In this document: one piece after another, positions 55,821-64,000 of the stretch | Layout: each line of letters opens with the position of its first letter | Position numbering within the stretch: the stretch's first letter is position 1 | NCBI GenBank assembly: GCA_016709225.1 | Contig: JADJEE010000012.1 | Span: 2,115,630 to 2,179,629 of the forward strand | Reading direction: 5' to 3' | Origin: Deltaproteobacteria bacterium | Lineage (GTDB): Bacteria; Myxococcota_A; Polyangia; Nannocystales; Nannocystaceae | Length of the DNA stretch: 64,000 nucleotides | The notes under the pieces: generated by a model | Told to the model about the DNA's origin: nothing | Databases searched by the model: none | The model's input: the letters and a program-made list of their open reading frames with translations, nothing else | Program-made: the position numbers and the translations under genes

Positions 55821-56989
55821 GACTTGGGTCGCTGCAGCACGCGGTTCTTCGTGATCCAGTAGAGCGAGGCGTCGTCGACCGCGATCGACCTCGCTTCGTT
55901 CTGCTGCGTCGCGAGCACGACCGGCGCACCACCTCGGTGTGGCGCCGACTTCACCTCGGTCGAGTCGGTCCAGTACACCGAGCTCGCGTCGGCAGCCACA
56001 CCCCACGGTGCCATCTGACCGCTCGCGAGGACGCTCGCTTCGCCGCCGACGGTGGCCAGGCTCATGATCGTGTTGGGGTTGTTCGCGGCCGCGCCATCGC
56101 CGTGGGCCCAGACGAACGAGTCGCCGACCGTCGCGAGTCCCCAGGGTTGCGCCAGCCCAGTCGCGAGGATCTGCATCTGCATGCCGTCGGGATCGCCCGC
56201 GAGCGGTACCGACACCAACGCGCCCACCGAGTCGTCCGGCGGAGGGGGCTCGATGAACGTCACGCCGCCATTGCCGGGCTCGGGATCGTGTGACGTGACG
56301 TAGAACCTCGTGCCGTCGAGCACGATGTCGGCGATGCCGGCGTACGCGCTGAGCAGGTTCTGCGAGCTGCCGCCCGCGAGCGGCGCGCGCCAGACTCCGC
56401 CGCTCCCCGAGCCGAAGGTGGTCCAGTACACGTGCGTGTCATCGACAGCGAGCGCGCGCGGGCGGTCGGTGGTGTCGTCGAGGACTTCGCTCGCACCACC
56501 CGCGATCGGCATCCGAGCGACGACGCCATCGTCGACGAACCCGGTCCAGTAGACCCACGCACCGTCGACGACGACGTCGTAGGGGGCCTCGAGCCCGGTC
56601 GCGAGCATCTCGATGTCGCCACCACCCTTGGCGACGCGCGCCAGCGTGCCGGCGCTCTGATCGCTGAAGTAGACGTGGGTGCCATCGACGGCGATGCCGC
56701 GCCCGCCGGTGAGTCCGTCCGCGAGCACGAGGCACTCGCCACAACCGGCGTCGGTCGGCCCGCCGCCGGTGCTCCCACCCTCACTCGACGACGTGCCGAC
56801 GCCGCCGGTGCTGTCGACCGCCGCGGTGCTGCTGTCGCTGGGCGCGGTGGTCGACGACGGACTCGCCGTGGTGCTGCCCGAGCCGCCGGTGGAGCTCGTT
56901 CCACCCGCGGTGGTGGTATCGCCCGCCTGCGAGTCGCCACACGCGGCCATGCAGATCCACCCTACCAACATCCGATGACGGCATTTCAT
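55817..56989 (-). CDS. YWTD-type six-bladed beta-propeller lipoprotein
   Basis: The ATG at 56989 gives MKCRHRMLVGWICMAACGDS (lipobox), followed by a Ser/Thr/Gly linker. Repeats HVYFSD, WVYWTG, HVYWTT, SVYWTD and SLYWIT match the LDL-receptor class B pattern. Confidence 0.7.
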   Translation of the reverse strand: MKCRHRMLVGWICMAACGDSQAGDTTTAGGTSSTGGSGSTTASPSSTTAPSDSSTAAVDSTGGVGTSSSEGGSTGGGPTDAGCGECLVLADGLTGGRGIAVDGTHVYFSDQSAGTLARVAKGGGDIEMLATGLEAPYDVVVDGAWVYWTGFVDDGVVARMPIAGGASEVLDDTTDRPRALAVDDTHVYWTTFGSGSGGVWRAPLAGGSSQNLLSAYAGIADIVLDGTRFYVTSHDPEPGNGGVTFIEPPPPDDSVGALVSVPLAGDPDGMQMQILATGLAQPWGLATVGDSFVWAHGDGAAANNPNTIMSLATVGGEASVLASGQMAPWGVAADASSVYWTDSTEVKSAPHRGGAPVVLATQQNEARSIAVDDASLYWITKNRVLQRPKS

Positions 56990-57097
56990 AGGCGCCCAGT
57001 GTGCCCCACCGATGCGCGGGTGGGGCAACCGCGAGATCGCCCACCGCCAGAACGCGCGTCGACGTGGGTTCTGGCGGGCGAGCGCCGGGGTCCGCGG

Positions 57098-58324
57098 CTA
57101 CTTCTCGCCCATGAACTCGAGCGTGAAGCGACGCAGCCGCAGCACGCTGGGAATGCCCTCGCCGCTGGCAAAGCTGAGCGACTCGGCGAAGTGCACGTTG
57201 TCCGCGGCCTGCCACGCGATGAAGGCCCGCCCCGCGGCGGTGCCGAGCAACGCGTTGCGCTTGGCCTCGAACTCGGCGCGGACCTTGGCCAGCAGCAGCT
57301 CGCTCTGCGCCTCGAGGCGCGCGCTCACGCCGTCGGCCTCCGCACGCAGGCGCTGGTCGTACTGCAGGGTCTCGGCCTGCACGTTCTTGATGCCCAGCAG
57401 GTAACGATCGTCGAGCTTGCTGTGGTCCTCGACGTCGAGCTCGAGCGCGGCGGCGGCCCTGGCGATGAGCGCGGTGCGATCATCCGCCGACAGCGCCGTC
57501 AACATGGTTCGTGCGCCACCCGGGGTCGTGTCGTCGCCGACATCGACGAAGCCGACCTGGTAGGCGCGCTCGAGATTGGCACGGCGTTGGATCCACGCCT
57601 GCTCGCTCGAGGCCGCACGGGCCTGCGTGCCCTGCACGAAGTTGTCGAGCTTTTGCTGCTCGACGGCGACGGTCTGCACCGCGGCGTCGAGCAGCTTCTT
57701 CTGCTCGTTGAGCTGGATCTGCTGCAGCTGCTGCTCGTACTCGGGGCGGAACGCGACCGCACGAATCAGCACGGTCGAGGCCTCGAGGTGCAGCGTCGCC
57801 AGCTCCTCGTTGAGCACGCGCAGGGTGTCGTCGGACACCGCGAGTCGGCGGTCGGTCGAGTAGAAATCCGCCGAGGTCAGCTCGGCCAGCCGCTCGCGCA
57901 GCACGCTGACGGTGGTCTCCTCGGCGAGCCGCTGGTAGCGGAAGGTGCCATTGGCGTCGACCTGATGGTTGCCGGCCTGCACCACATTCCAGCCCTCGCC
58001 GAGCTTGATGCGGTAGGGCACCGACACGTCGAGCATGACGATGTTGTTGTCCTTGGTGCGGATCTGCAGCGGCTGCTGCGGGCCGGCCTCGTCGCTGGTG
58101 TAGTCGAGGTACGCGAAGCGCTTGGGCAGCACCAGGATGCGGTGCATGCCCGGTACGCGCCACGCCCAGCCGGGCTCGATGTCGGTCTCGGACACGCCCG
58201 AGAAGTTGCTCTGCCGCACGCCGATCTCATCGGGGCGGACCGTCACGGTGCACATCAGCGGCACCAGCCACAACAGCAGCGTCGCGACGACCGCGATTCT
58301 GGCGAAACGTCCGATCGCGTCCAT
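57098..58324 (-). CDS. SPFH/Band-7 domain membrane protein (HflC-like)
   Basis: An N-terminal TM anchor, then an SPFH core and a long coiled-coil C-terminus. The ATG overlaps the upstream gene's stop. Confidence 0.8.
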   Translation of the reverse strand: MDAIGRFARIAVVATLLLWLVPLMCTVTVRPDEIGVRQSNFSGVSETDIEPGWAWRVPGMHRILVLPKRFAYLDYTSDEAGPQQPLQIRTKDNNIVMLDVSVPYRIKLGEGWNVVQAGNHQVDANGTFRYQRLAEETTVSVLRERLAELTSADFYSTDRRLAVSDDTLRVLNEELATLHLEASTVLIRAVAFRPEYEQQLQQIQLNEQKKLLDAAVQTVAVEQQKLDNFVQGTQARAASSEQAWIQRRANLERAYQVGFVDVGDDTTPGGARTMLTALSADDRTALIARAAAALELDVEDHSKLDDRYLLGIKNVQAETLQYDQRLRAEADGVSARLEAQSELLLAKVRAEFEAKRNALLGTAAGRAFIAWQAADNVHFAESLSFASGEGIPSVLRLRRFTLEFMGEK

Positions 58325-59436
58325 CACTTGCCTCCCCCGATCTGCTCGAGCTCGATCCGCGACGGGCGACCGTCGTTGGCGTAGGGCTGGATGCCGATCG
58401 TCACGCCGGCGAGCTTGCTGCCGAGCCGCTCCATCACGCGCTCGACGGGTTGGTCACGAAAGGCCTCGATCGAGGCCTGCTGGGCGCCGAACTCGGCCTC
58501 GAGCTGGCCCCGCAGCTCGTCGGCCTTGCGCTGGGCGGCGGCCACGGCCGCCTGACCCTTGGCGACGGTGTCGATGCGGTAGCTGTCGACGATGCGGATG
58601 GTCTCCGCCTGCTCTGCGATGGCGGTGGCGAGCGTGGTCTCGAGCTCGGCCCGCTTCTCCTGGATGATCTTGTTCTGGTCGCGATCGACCTCGGCCAAGC
58701 GGCGGCTGCGATCGGTGCCGGCACGGGTGAGCTCGGACTGGATCACCGCCAGCTGGTTCTCGGCGCCGTTGCGCGACTCGATGAGGTTCTCGTACTCCTC
58801 CGAGAAGCGCGGCCGCGGCGTGACGATCTGCGTGACCACCAGGCCGTGGGCCTCGAGCACCTGGTTGAGCCGCGCTCGCGCGCGCTCGGTGGCGGCGCCG
58901 AAGTTGGCCGGGTTCGACACGCTGATGGTCGACTCGCGACCGAACTCGTCGCGCAGGATCGAGCGGGCGTAGGGTCGCATCCAGCGGCGGAAGGCCCCCT
59001 CCACGCCGGCGTCACGGATGGTGTCCTCGGCGCGGTCGCCCGCGACCTGGAAGATGATGGTGGTGTCGTTGAACAGGAAGTTCGAGCCGTCGCTCGCGCG
59101 CACCGTCAGCTCGACGACGTGGAGATCGTCCGTGTTCTGCGTGCCCTTCATGACGAAGGTCTGCGGGCTCGCGTCGAGCACGTAGATCGAGTGCAGGCCG
59201 AAGGGCGCCCGCAGCACCAGCCCCGGCTGCACGATGGTGTCGCGCGCCCCGGTGAGGTTGTTGACCCGAACGGCGACCTGACCGGGGTCGATCACCGTGA
59301 AGGTCGACATCAGCGTCACCGTGAGGACCAGCAGCGCGACCCCGAGCCACACCAACGGGCCGATACCCCGCTTGCGGAAGTTCTCGAGGAGCACGACCAC
59401 GGGATTGCCGGGGGGGCGGCCCTTGCTTGTTGCCAT
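58324..59436 (-). CDS. SPFH/Band-7 domain membrane protein (HflK-like)
   Basis: The ATG at 59436 gives [43 protein letters not shown], the N-terminal membrane anchor typical of HflK. An SPFH core follows. The upstream 54 aa of the track ORF is junk. Confidence 0.8.
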   Translation of the reverse strand: MATSKGRPPGNPVVVLLENFRKRGIGPLVWLGVALLVLTVTLMSTFTVIDPGQVAVRVNNLTGARDTIVQPGLVLRAPFGLHSIYVLDASPQTFVMKGTQNTDDLHVVELTVRASDGSNFLFNDTTIIFQVAGDRAEDTIRDAGVEGAFRRWMRPYARSILRDEFGRESTISVSNPANFGAATERARARLNQVLEAHGLVVTQIVTPRPRFSEEYENLIESRNGAENQLAVIQSELTRAGTDRSRRLAEVDRDQNKIIQEKRAELETTLATAIAEQAETIRIVDSYRIDTVAKGQAAVAAAQRKADELRGQLEAEFGAQQASIEAFRDQPVERVMERLGSKLAGVTIGIQPYANDGRPSRIELEQIGGGK

Positions 59437-59533
59437 TGCAGCCAGAGTAACCCCAAGGGCGGCGGTGGCCGCTCGACCCGCCGGGCGCGGGTACTGGCGT
59501 GCGCGTCGGGGTCGTGCTGAACTGCTGTGGCGC

Positions 59534-59860
59534 GTGAAGACCCGCCGGCCCTGGCTGCTGCTGCTGTTCGCGACCCTGTTCGCGATCGTCGGCGTCACGC
59601 GGCCGGTGACCGCGGCCCAACGCGAGGCGGCGAGCTCACGGCTCGACGCGTCGCTGCCGGTCGCTGCCCGCCAGGACGCGCCCGATCGTCCGACCCGTGA
59701 TCCGAGTCGCCCCGATCCCGACGTGGGTGAGGCCGGCTCGCTCGGCAGCGAGACCCCCGCCGCTGCGATCCACGTCGCGTCGCTGCTCGACGCACACGCT
59801 GGCTCGCCCGCGATCTCGCCGTGCGATCGACCGCGCGCGCGCGGTCCACCGACGGCCTAG
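59534..59860 (+). CDS. possible small secreted protein (108 aa), hypothetical
   Basis: A GTG at 59534 gives [29 protein letters not shown] (signal peptide). GC3 is high throughout. It lies in the 660-bp gap between hflK-like and hflX on the opposite strand. Confidence 0.3.
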   Translation: MKTRRPWLLLLFATLFAIVGVTRPVTAAQREAASSRLDASLPVAARQDAPDRPTRDPSRPDPDVGEAGSLGSETPAAAIHVASLLDAHAGSPAISPCDRPRARGPPTA

Positions 59861-60100
59861 CCACGCGCCAAGGCCCGCCTGTGCGCGCGCCTCCGTCGTC
59901 CTGCAGCGGTCGAGCACACGATCGCAGGACACCAGGAAGGCACGCACCTGCACGGCGCGACGATGCTCGGCTGCGTCGTCGGAACTCCATCGATTTCCCA
60001 GCGTGCTCCGGCGGCGGGCCCGATTGCCCGCGGATTCCCCGTGGAGAAACCACTCACCCATCCGTTTTTCACCCGCGCCGTCTCGTGGCTGCGCAACACC

Positions 60101-60583
60101 ATGAATCTCAGCACCGCAGTCCTGCCGGGCGATGCCATCGGCGATCCGCAGGACCCCTCTCGTGCGCGAATCGATGGCTATCTCGACGACAGCGAGTCGC
60201 GCTCGTTCGCCTCGCTGGCCATCGTCTCGTTGGTCTGCGCCGGCGTGATCGCCCTGGCGGCGTCACGCCCGGGTCTGTCACCGACGCAGTGGACGCTGAC
60301 ACACTACGGCAGCATCACGTTGGCGATCTGCGGCTTCGTCGGCCTCATCGTCGAGGTTCGACGGGCACGCATGCGTCGGCTCGAGGTCTCAGTGATCGTG
60401 TTGGCCGGCGACGCCGCTGCGCGCATCGAGCCCGAGCACATCGAGCGTTGGCAAGCTCGACCCGACCAGCGGCTGTGGCTGGTGAGTGAAGCGGGCCTGC
60501 CGAAGACCTCGATGGCCCGCGCCCGCGAGCTCGGCATGCGCTGCTTCATGGCCGGCGAGCAGGGCATCAGCGAGCGCGCCTAG
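60101..60583 (+). CDS. hypothetical small membrane protein (160 aa, 2 TM)
   Basis: The ATG is at 60101. Codon usage changes sharply from poor upstream to typical high GC3 downstream. Two hydrophobic segments are present. It is convergent with hflX, with overlapping stops. Confidence 0.4.
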   Translation: MNLSTAVLPGDAIGDPQDPSRARIDGYLDDSESRSFASLAIVSLVCAGVIALAASRPGLSPTQWTLTHYGSITLAICGFVGLIVEVRRARMRRLEVSVIVLAGDAAARIEPEHIERWQARPDQRLWLVSEAGLPKTSMARARELGMRCFMAGEQGISERA

Positions 60584-62046
60584 CCGCTCGACTCCGCCGC
60601 CGCCACACGCTCGCGCAAGCGCGTGAGCACGGCCGCCGGCGCGCGCAAGGAGTAGCGCGTGCCGGTCTCGCCGTGGTGCTCGGCGAGCACGGTCGCGTCG
60701 TCGTACAGCTGCCCGATCACGCCGGCGGCCTGGTACGGCACGAACAGCTCCTCGTCCTGCATGTCGCCGTCGAAGAACGAGACCACGAGGTCCCGCACGC
60801 GACGAACGTCGGCGGGATCGTGCGCACTGACCAAGATGGCATCGGGGAACTCCTGCGAGAGCGCGGTGGTGGCCGCGTCGTCGAGGCGATCGCGCTTGTT
60901 CAGCACCAGGCGCGAGGCGACCTCGCCGGCACCGATGCCGGCCAGCACCTCGCGCACGACCGCGAGCTGCTCGCGGAAGGTCGGGTCGGCGGCGTCGACC
61001 ACGAACAGCAGCAGCGAGGCCTCGAGCGCCTCGTCGAGGGTGGAGCGGAACGACGCCACCAGCTCGTGCGGCAGCTTCTTGATGAAGCCGACGGTGTCGC
61101 TCACGAGGATGCGCGGCTCGGTCTCGGGCCGCAGCGCCCGCACGGTGGTGTCGAGGGTCGCGAACAGCTTGTCGGCGACGTAGACGCCACTCGAGGTGAG
61201 ACCGCGCATCAGCGAGCTCTTGCCGGCGTTGGTGTAGCCGACCAGGCAAACCCGCCGCTGCGACTGCCGGCTCGCGCGTCGCGTCGCGCTCTCGCGCTCG
61301 ATGGCGACCAGCTCGCGTCGCAGCTCCGCGATGCGGTCGCGGATCTTGCGACGATCGAGCTCGAGCGCCGACTCGCCGGCCCCCTTGCCGCCGATGCCAC
61401 CGCGCTGACGATCGCCTCCGGCACCGGCCTCGCGCAGGCGGGGTGCGACATAGCTCAGTCGGGCGATCTCCACCTGCAGGCGCGCCTCGCGACTCTTGGC
61501 GTGACGGTGGAAGATCTCGACGATCACGTGGGTGCGATCGAGGACCTCGGCACCAGTTGCGCGCTCGAGGTTGCGCTGCATGCGGGGCGAGAGCTCGTGG
61601 TCCACCACCACGACCTGCGCGCGTTGCTCGGGTGGACGCGGGCCGTCGTCGTCGCCGTCGTCGCCGTCGTCGGGATCGTCGGCGCTCGGCGCCTCGGGCC
61701 CATCGTCACCCTCGAGATCGTCGTCACCCTCGAGCACTCGATCGTCGCGCAGGCCCATTCGCTCGCGGCGCTCGAGCGCCTTGTCACGGCTGGCGATCGT
61801 GGGATCGGTGTGCCCGTCGCCGCCGGTCCAGCGCGCCAGCTCGCGCAGCTTGCCCTCGCCGAGCACGGTCGCGGGCGACACCGAGCCGCGTCGCTGCGTC
61901 ACCCGGCCGATGACGTCGAGCCCGAGGGTCTTCACCAGCCGCCCCAGCTCGGCGACGTCGGCCTCGTGCTGCGCGTCGGAGACGGTCGGCAGCTGCACCG
62001 CGACCAGCACGGCGCGCGGCGTCTTCTCGGTCGTCGAGATGGTCAT
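60580..62046 (-). CDS. hflX: GTPase HflX with an acidic D/E-rich insertion in the N-terminal domain
   Basis: The HflX N-domain is present. The G1 motif is GYTNAGKSSL, G3 is DTVGF and G4 is NKRD. The insertion is EGDDDLEGDDGPEAPSADDPDDGDDGDDDGPRPPE. Confidence 0.9.
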   Translation of the reverse strand: MTISTTEKTPRAVLVAVQLPTVSDAQHEADVAELGRLVKTLGLDVIGRVTQRRGSVSPATVLGEGKLRELARWTGGDGHTDPTIASRDKALERRERMGLRDDRVLEGDDDLEGDDGPEAPSADDPDDGDDGDDDGPRPPEQRAQVVVVDHELSPRMQRNLERATGAEVLDRTHVIVEIFHRHAKSREARLQVEIARLSYVAPRLREAGAGGDRQRGGIGGKGAGESALELDRRKIRDRIAELRRELVAIERESATRRASRQSQRRVCLVGYTNAGKSSLMRGLTSSGVYVADKLFATLDTTVRALRPETEPRILVSDTVGFIKKLPHELVASFRSTLDEALEASLLLFVVDAADPTFREQLAVVREVLAGIGAGEVASRLVLNKRDRLDDAATTALSQEFPDAILVSAHDPADVRRVRDLVVSFFDGDMQDEELFVPYQAAGVIGQLYDDATVLAEHHGETGTRYSLRAPAAVLTRLRERVAAAESSG

Positions 62047-62158
62047 CGGCGGCGCAGCTTAGCCGCGACCGCGCCGTCGCGCCGCCTCGAACCCGGCCGG
62101 AGTGGACCGCCCTCGCCGTGAGATCGACGCGGATCGACGGCGCGGGCGACCCGCGGCG

Positions 62159-63766
62159 CTACCGCACGACGCGGATGATGGTCTTGCGCGGCCGCAGACC
62201 AAGCTCGCTGCGGATGCACGTGCGCGCGGCGGGTTGACCGATCGCGCGCCACCCCGGCGCAGGCTCGAGCACGACCGGGGCCCCGCGCACGGTGATCTCG
62301 ATCGTCTCGCCGCGGGGCAGGAACACCAGCGCGCCGTGGTCGGTCGCCCGCACCGCGAGGCCGCCGGCGACGAACCACCGCAGGATGCCAGGCACCACCG
62401 GCGGCGCGAGCTCATCGGTGATCTCGAGCGCGTCACCGCTCCACTCGATGCGCCGGCGATGGGTCGCGACGCCGCGCCAGCCGCGGACCTCGGCGACGAT
62501 GCGCTGCTCGCCGAGTTCGAGCAGGTTCGGTACGGCACGACCACCGATGCGGTGGCTCTTCCAGAGCTCGTGCTGATCACGATCTTCGACGGTGACGGTG
62601 TTGTGCGCGTGGGTCGAGCGGGCGTAGTCGCGATCGAGGCCCGGCACGTAGGTGCCGACGCCCGCGTCGACCAGCACGCGAGTGCGGCCGTGGGAGAGCT
62701 CGAGCGCGAGGCAATCGCCGTGGATGTGGCCGACCTGCTGCGGCAGCCCCACGCCGCCGCGGTTCCACAGCAACGTGAAGGGGCCCCAGCTACGCCGCGA
62801 GAAGCCGCTCTCGCGGGCGTCGTCGTTGCCGAGCACGAGCTTGGTGCCCACGCGATCGCACAGCCGCGCCGGCGTGGCGGGTGCGGCGAGCTGGCTGTCG
62901 CCCCACAGCGCGACATCGCCGTCGGGGTGGGTGAACGCCGGCAACGCGTCGACCATGCGCCGCAGCGCGACCCGCAACGGATCGGCGAACCCTGGCAGTC
63001 GCGGCTGTGCCAGCGCCACCACCTGAGCCAGCTGCTCGGCCAGCAGGCAGTGGTAGCTCGGCGTGCGCTCGGCGTGCACGCCGTCGCTGGCCAGCTGATC
63101 GCGCACGCACGCCAACAGCCGCGGTGCGCATCGCTCGAGCACCATGCTCGGAACGTGCCCCGTCAGCCCCAGCCCGCAGGCGACCAACGCGGCGAGGTTG
63201 GTCCACACGTGATTGCCGTCGAGGTGCAGCTCGACATGACGCTCGAGGTGCAACAGCTGTGCGCACATCGACGCCAACATCAGCTCGAGCTCGGGCGCCG
63301 ACAGCTGCAGGCCCTCGCGCGCGAGCCAGCCCAGCCAGTGCAGCAGTCGCATCGAGGTCGGGTACGGCTCCCAGCCGACGCCCTCGCGGTGCTCCTCGAT
63401 CCAGTCGAAGATGCAGCGACGGGCCTGCGCCGTCGGACACTGCGGGTCGCTGATCCAGCCGTGGTAGTGGAGCGTGTACGTCCACAGCGGATCACCGCCC
63501 TGCCAGCCGGCCCGCAGGGGATCGTGGGCGGGTTGCCCGAGCAGGTGCACGCCACCGTCCTCGTCGATGCGGCCCTCGGGCGAGGGGCCACGAAATCCCT
63601 CCGGCAACGCCAGTGCGTCGACCCCGGGCGCCCGCGACTGCGCGGGCGTGCGCGCGGGGCCGCGGGTACGCTGCAGCGCGAACGCGGCCAGCTGCGACGC
63701 GCGCAGGTGACTCGCCGCGCGCAGCGTCGGGCCGAGGCGATCGAGTGCGCGTCGCAGCCGGGTCAT
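62159..63766 (-). CDS. heparinase II/III-like family protein (polysaccharide lyase-like)
   Basis: The alpha/alpha toroid plus beta-sandwich architecture has a conserved HIHGDCLALELSHGRTRVLVDAG region typical of Heparinase II/III-like proteins. The ATG is at 63766; an alternative GTG is at 63814. Confidence 0.7.
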   Translation of the reverse strand: MTRLRRALDRLGPTLRAASHLRASQLAAFALQRTRGPARTPAQSRAPGVDALALPEGFRGPSPEGRIDEDGGVHLLGQPAHDPLRAGWQGGDPLWTYTLHYHGWISDPQCPTAQARRCIFDWIEEHREGVGWEPYPTSMRLLHWLGWLAREGLQLSAPELELMLASMCAQLLHLERHVELHLDGNHVWTNLAALVACGLGLTGHVPSMVLERCAPRLLACVRDQLASDGVHAERTPSYHCLLAEQLAQVVALAQPRLPGFADPLRVALRRMVDALPAFTHPDGDVALWGDSQLAAPATPARLCDRVGTKLVLGNDDARESGFSRRSWGPFTLLWNRGGVGLPQQVGHIHGDCLALELSHGRTRVLVDAGVGTYVPGLDRDYARSTHAHNTVTVEDRDQHELWKSHRIGGRAVPNLLELGEQRIVAEVRGWRGVATHRRRIEWSGDALEITDELAPPVVPGILRWFVAGGLAVRATDHGALVFLPRGETIEITVRGAPVVLEPAPGWRAIGQPAARTCIRSELGLRPRKTIIRVVR

Positions 63767-64000
63767 CGGGTCAGCAGGCCCACGGTATCCACGACCGCGT
63801 GCCGATTGAACCACGCGCGCAGGAATTCCGCGAAATCACCGGTGCGGGCGCAGGATCGTCGATGCGCCGCCGCACGTCCACTGACCCCTTGGGCAGCGCG
63901 CGCTCGGCCACGCAGCCGTGTTCGGCGCGATGATGCATCATGGCCTCGGCGATGGGTCACGCACGACGGCGGTGGATCGCGGGCGCGGTGAGCCTCGGCC

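Noticed and set aside
63763-64000. Minus-strand reading frame ending with TGA overlapping the heparinase-like start
   Set aside because: Only the last 25 codons look protein-like and the rest is Arg-rich. It is open at the window edge, so it was not called as a feature.
1-64000. CRISPR arrays, tRNA/rRNA genes, IS/transposase or integrase genes
   Set aside because: I saw no regularly spaced direct repeats with unique spacers, no transposase or integrase-like ORFs, and no region with the lower GC and conserved structure expected for stable RNA genes. tRNAs cannot be fully excluded by eye.

Overview
This 64 kb window is very GC-rich (roughly 70% GC, extreme GC3 codon bias) and densely coding. 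Its content points to a chromosomal segment of a myxobacterium (Myxococcota): a MYXO-CTERM sorting signal on a metalloprotease, a Myxococcus-type cysteine-rich repeat protein, a eukaryotic-like Ser/Thr kinase, and a very high fraction of lipoproteins with Ser/Thr/Gly-rich linkers. I found no rRNA, tRNA, CRISPR array or obvious mobile element. I call about 50 CDS. Most long ORFs in the six-frame track are stop-free antisense artefacts typical of high-GC DNA, and I separated them from real genes by protein content and recognisable motifs. The recognisable blocks, in order:
- A membrane Ser/Thr kinase with an extracytoplasmic TPR-like domain, translationally coupled to an ECF sigma factor.
- A copper-flavoured cluster: MFS transporter, DJ-1/PfpI-YHS fusion, SnoaL/TehB-like methyltransferase lipoprotein, MYXO-CTERM metzincin, and a SCO1-cytochrome c-YHS fusion.
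- A run of six minus-strand exported proteins (beta-helix/FG-GAP protein, PHB-depolymerase-like esterase, FAD oxidoreductase, arylsulfotransferase-like propeller, Cys-rich repeat protein).
- A crotonase, an egtB-egtD ergothioneine pair, a spondin_N lipoprotein, MscS, nadA, and a TetR/MFP/RND efflux operon.
- DUF2167, a polysaccharide deacetylase, an APC permease, and a 1350-aa KAP-family P-loop NTPase with an unusual N-terminal repeat region. Convergent to the NTPase are two tandem paralogous small Cys-rich lipoproteins.
- An SDR plus a divergent QueA-like gene pair.
- A TetR gene, a perfect 32-bp palindrome, DUF1304 and a 673-aa B12-binding radical SAM enzyme.
- An hflX / SPFH (HflK/C-like) neighbourhood and a heparinase II/III-like gene at the window edge.

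Gene starts were mostly refined from signal-peptide position and codon usage; many genes appear to use GTG/TTG starts. Coordinates may be off by one to three codons.
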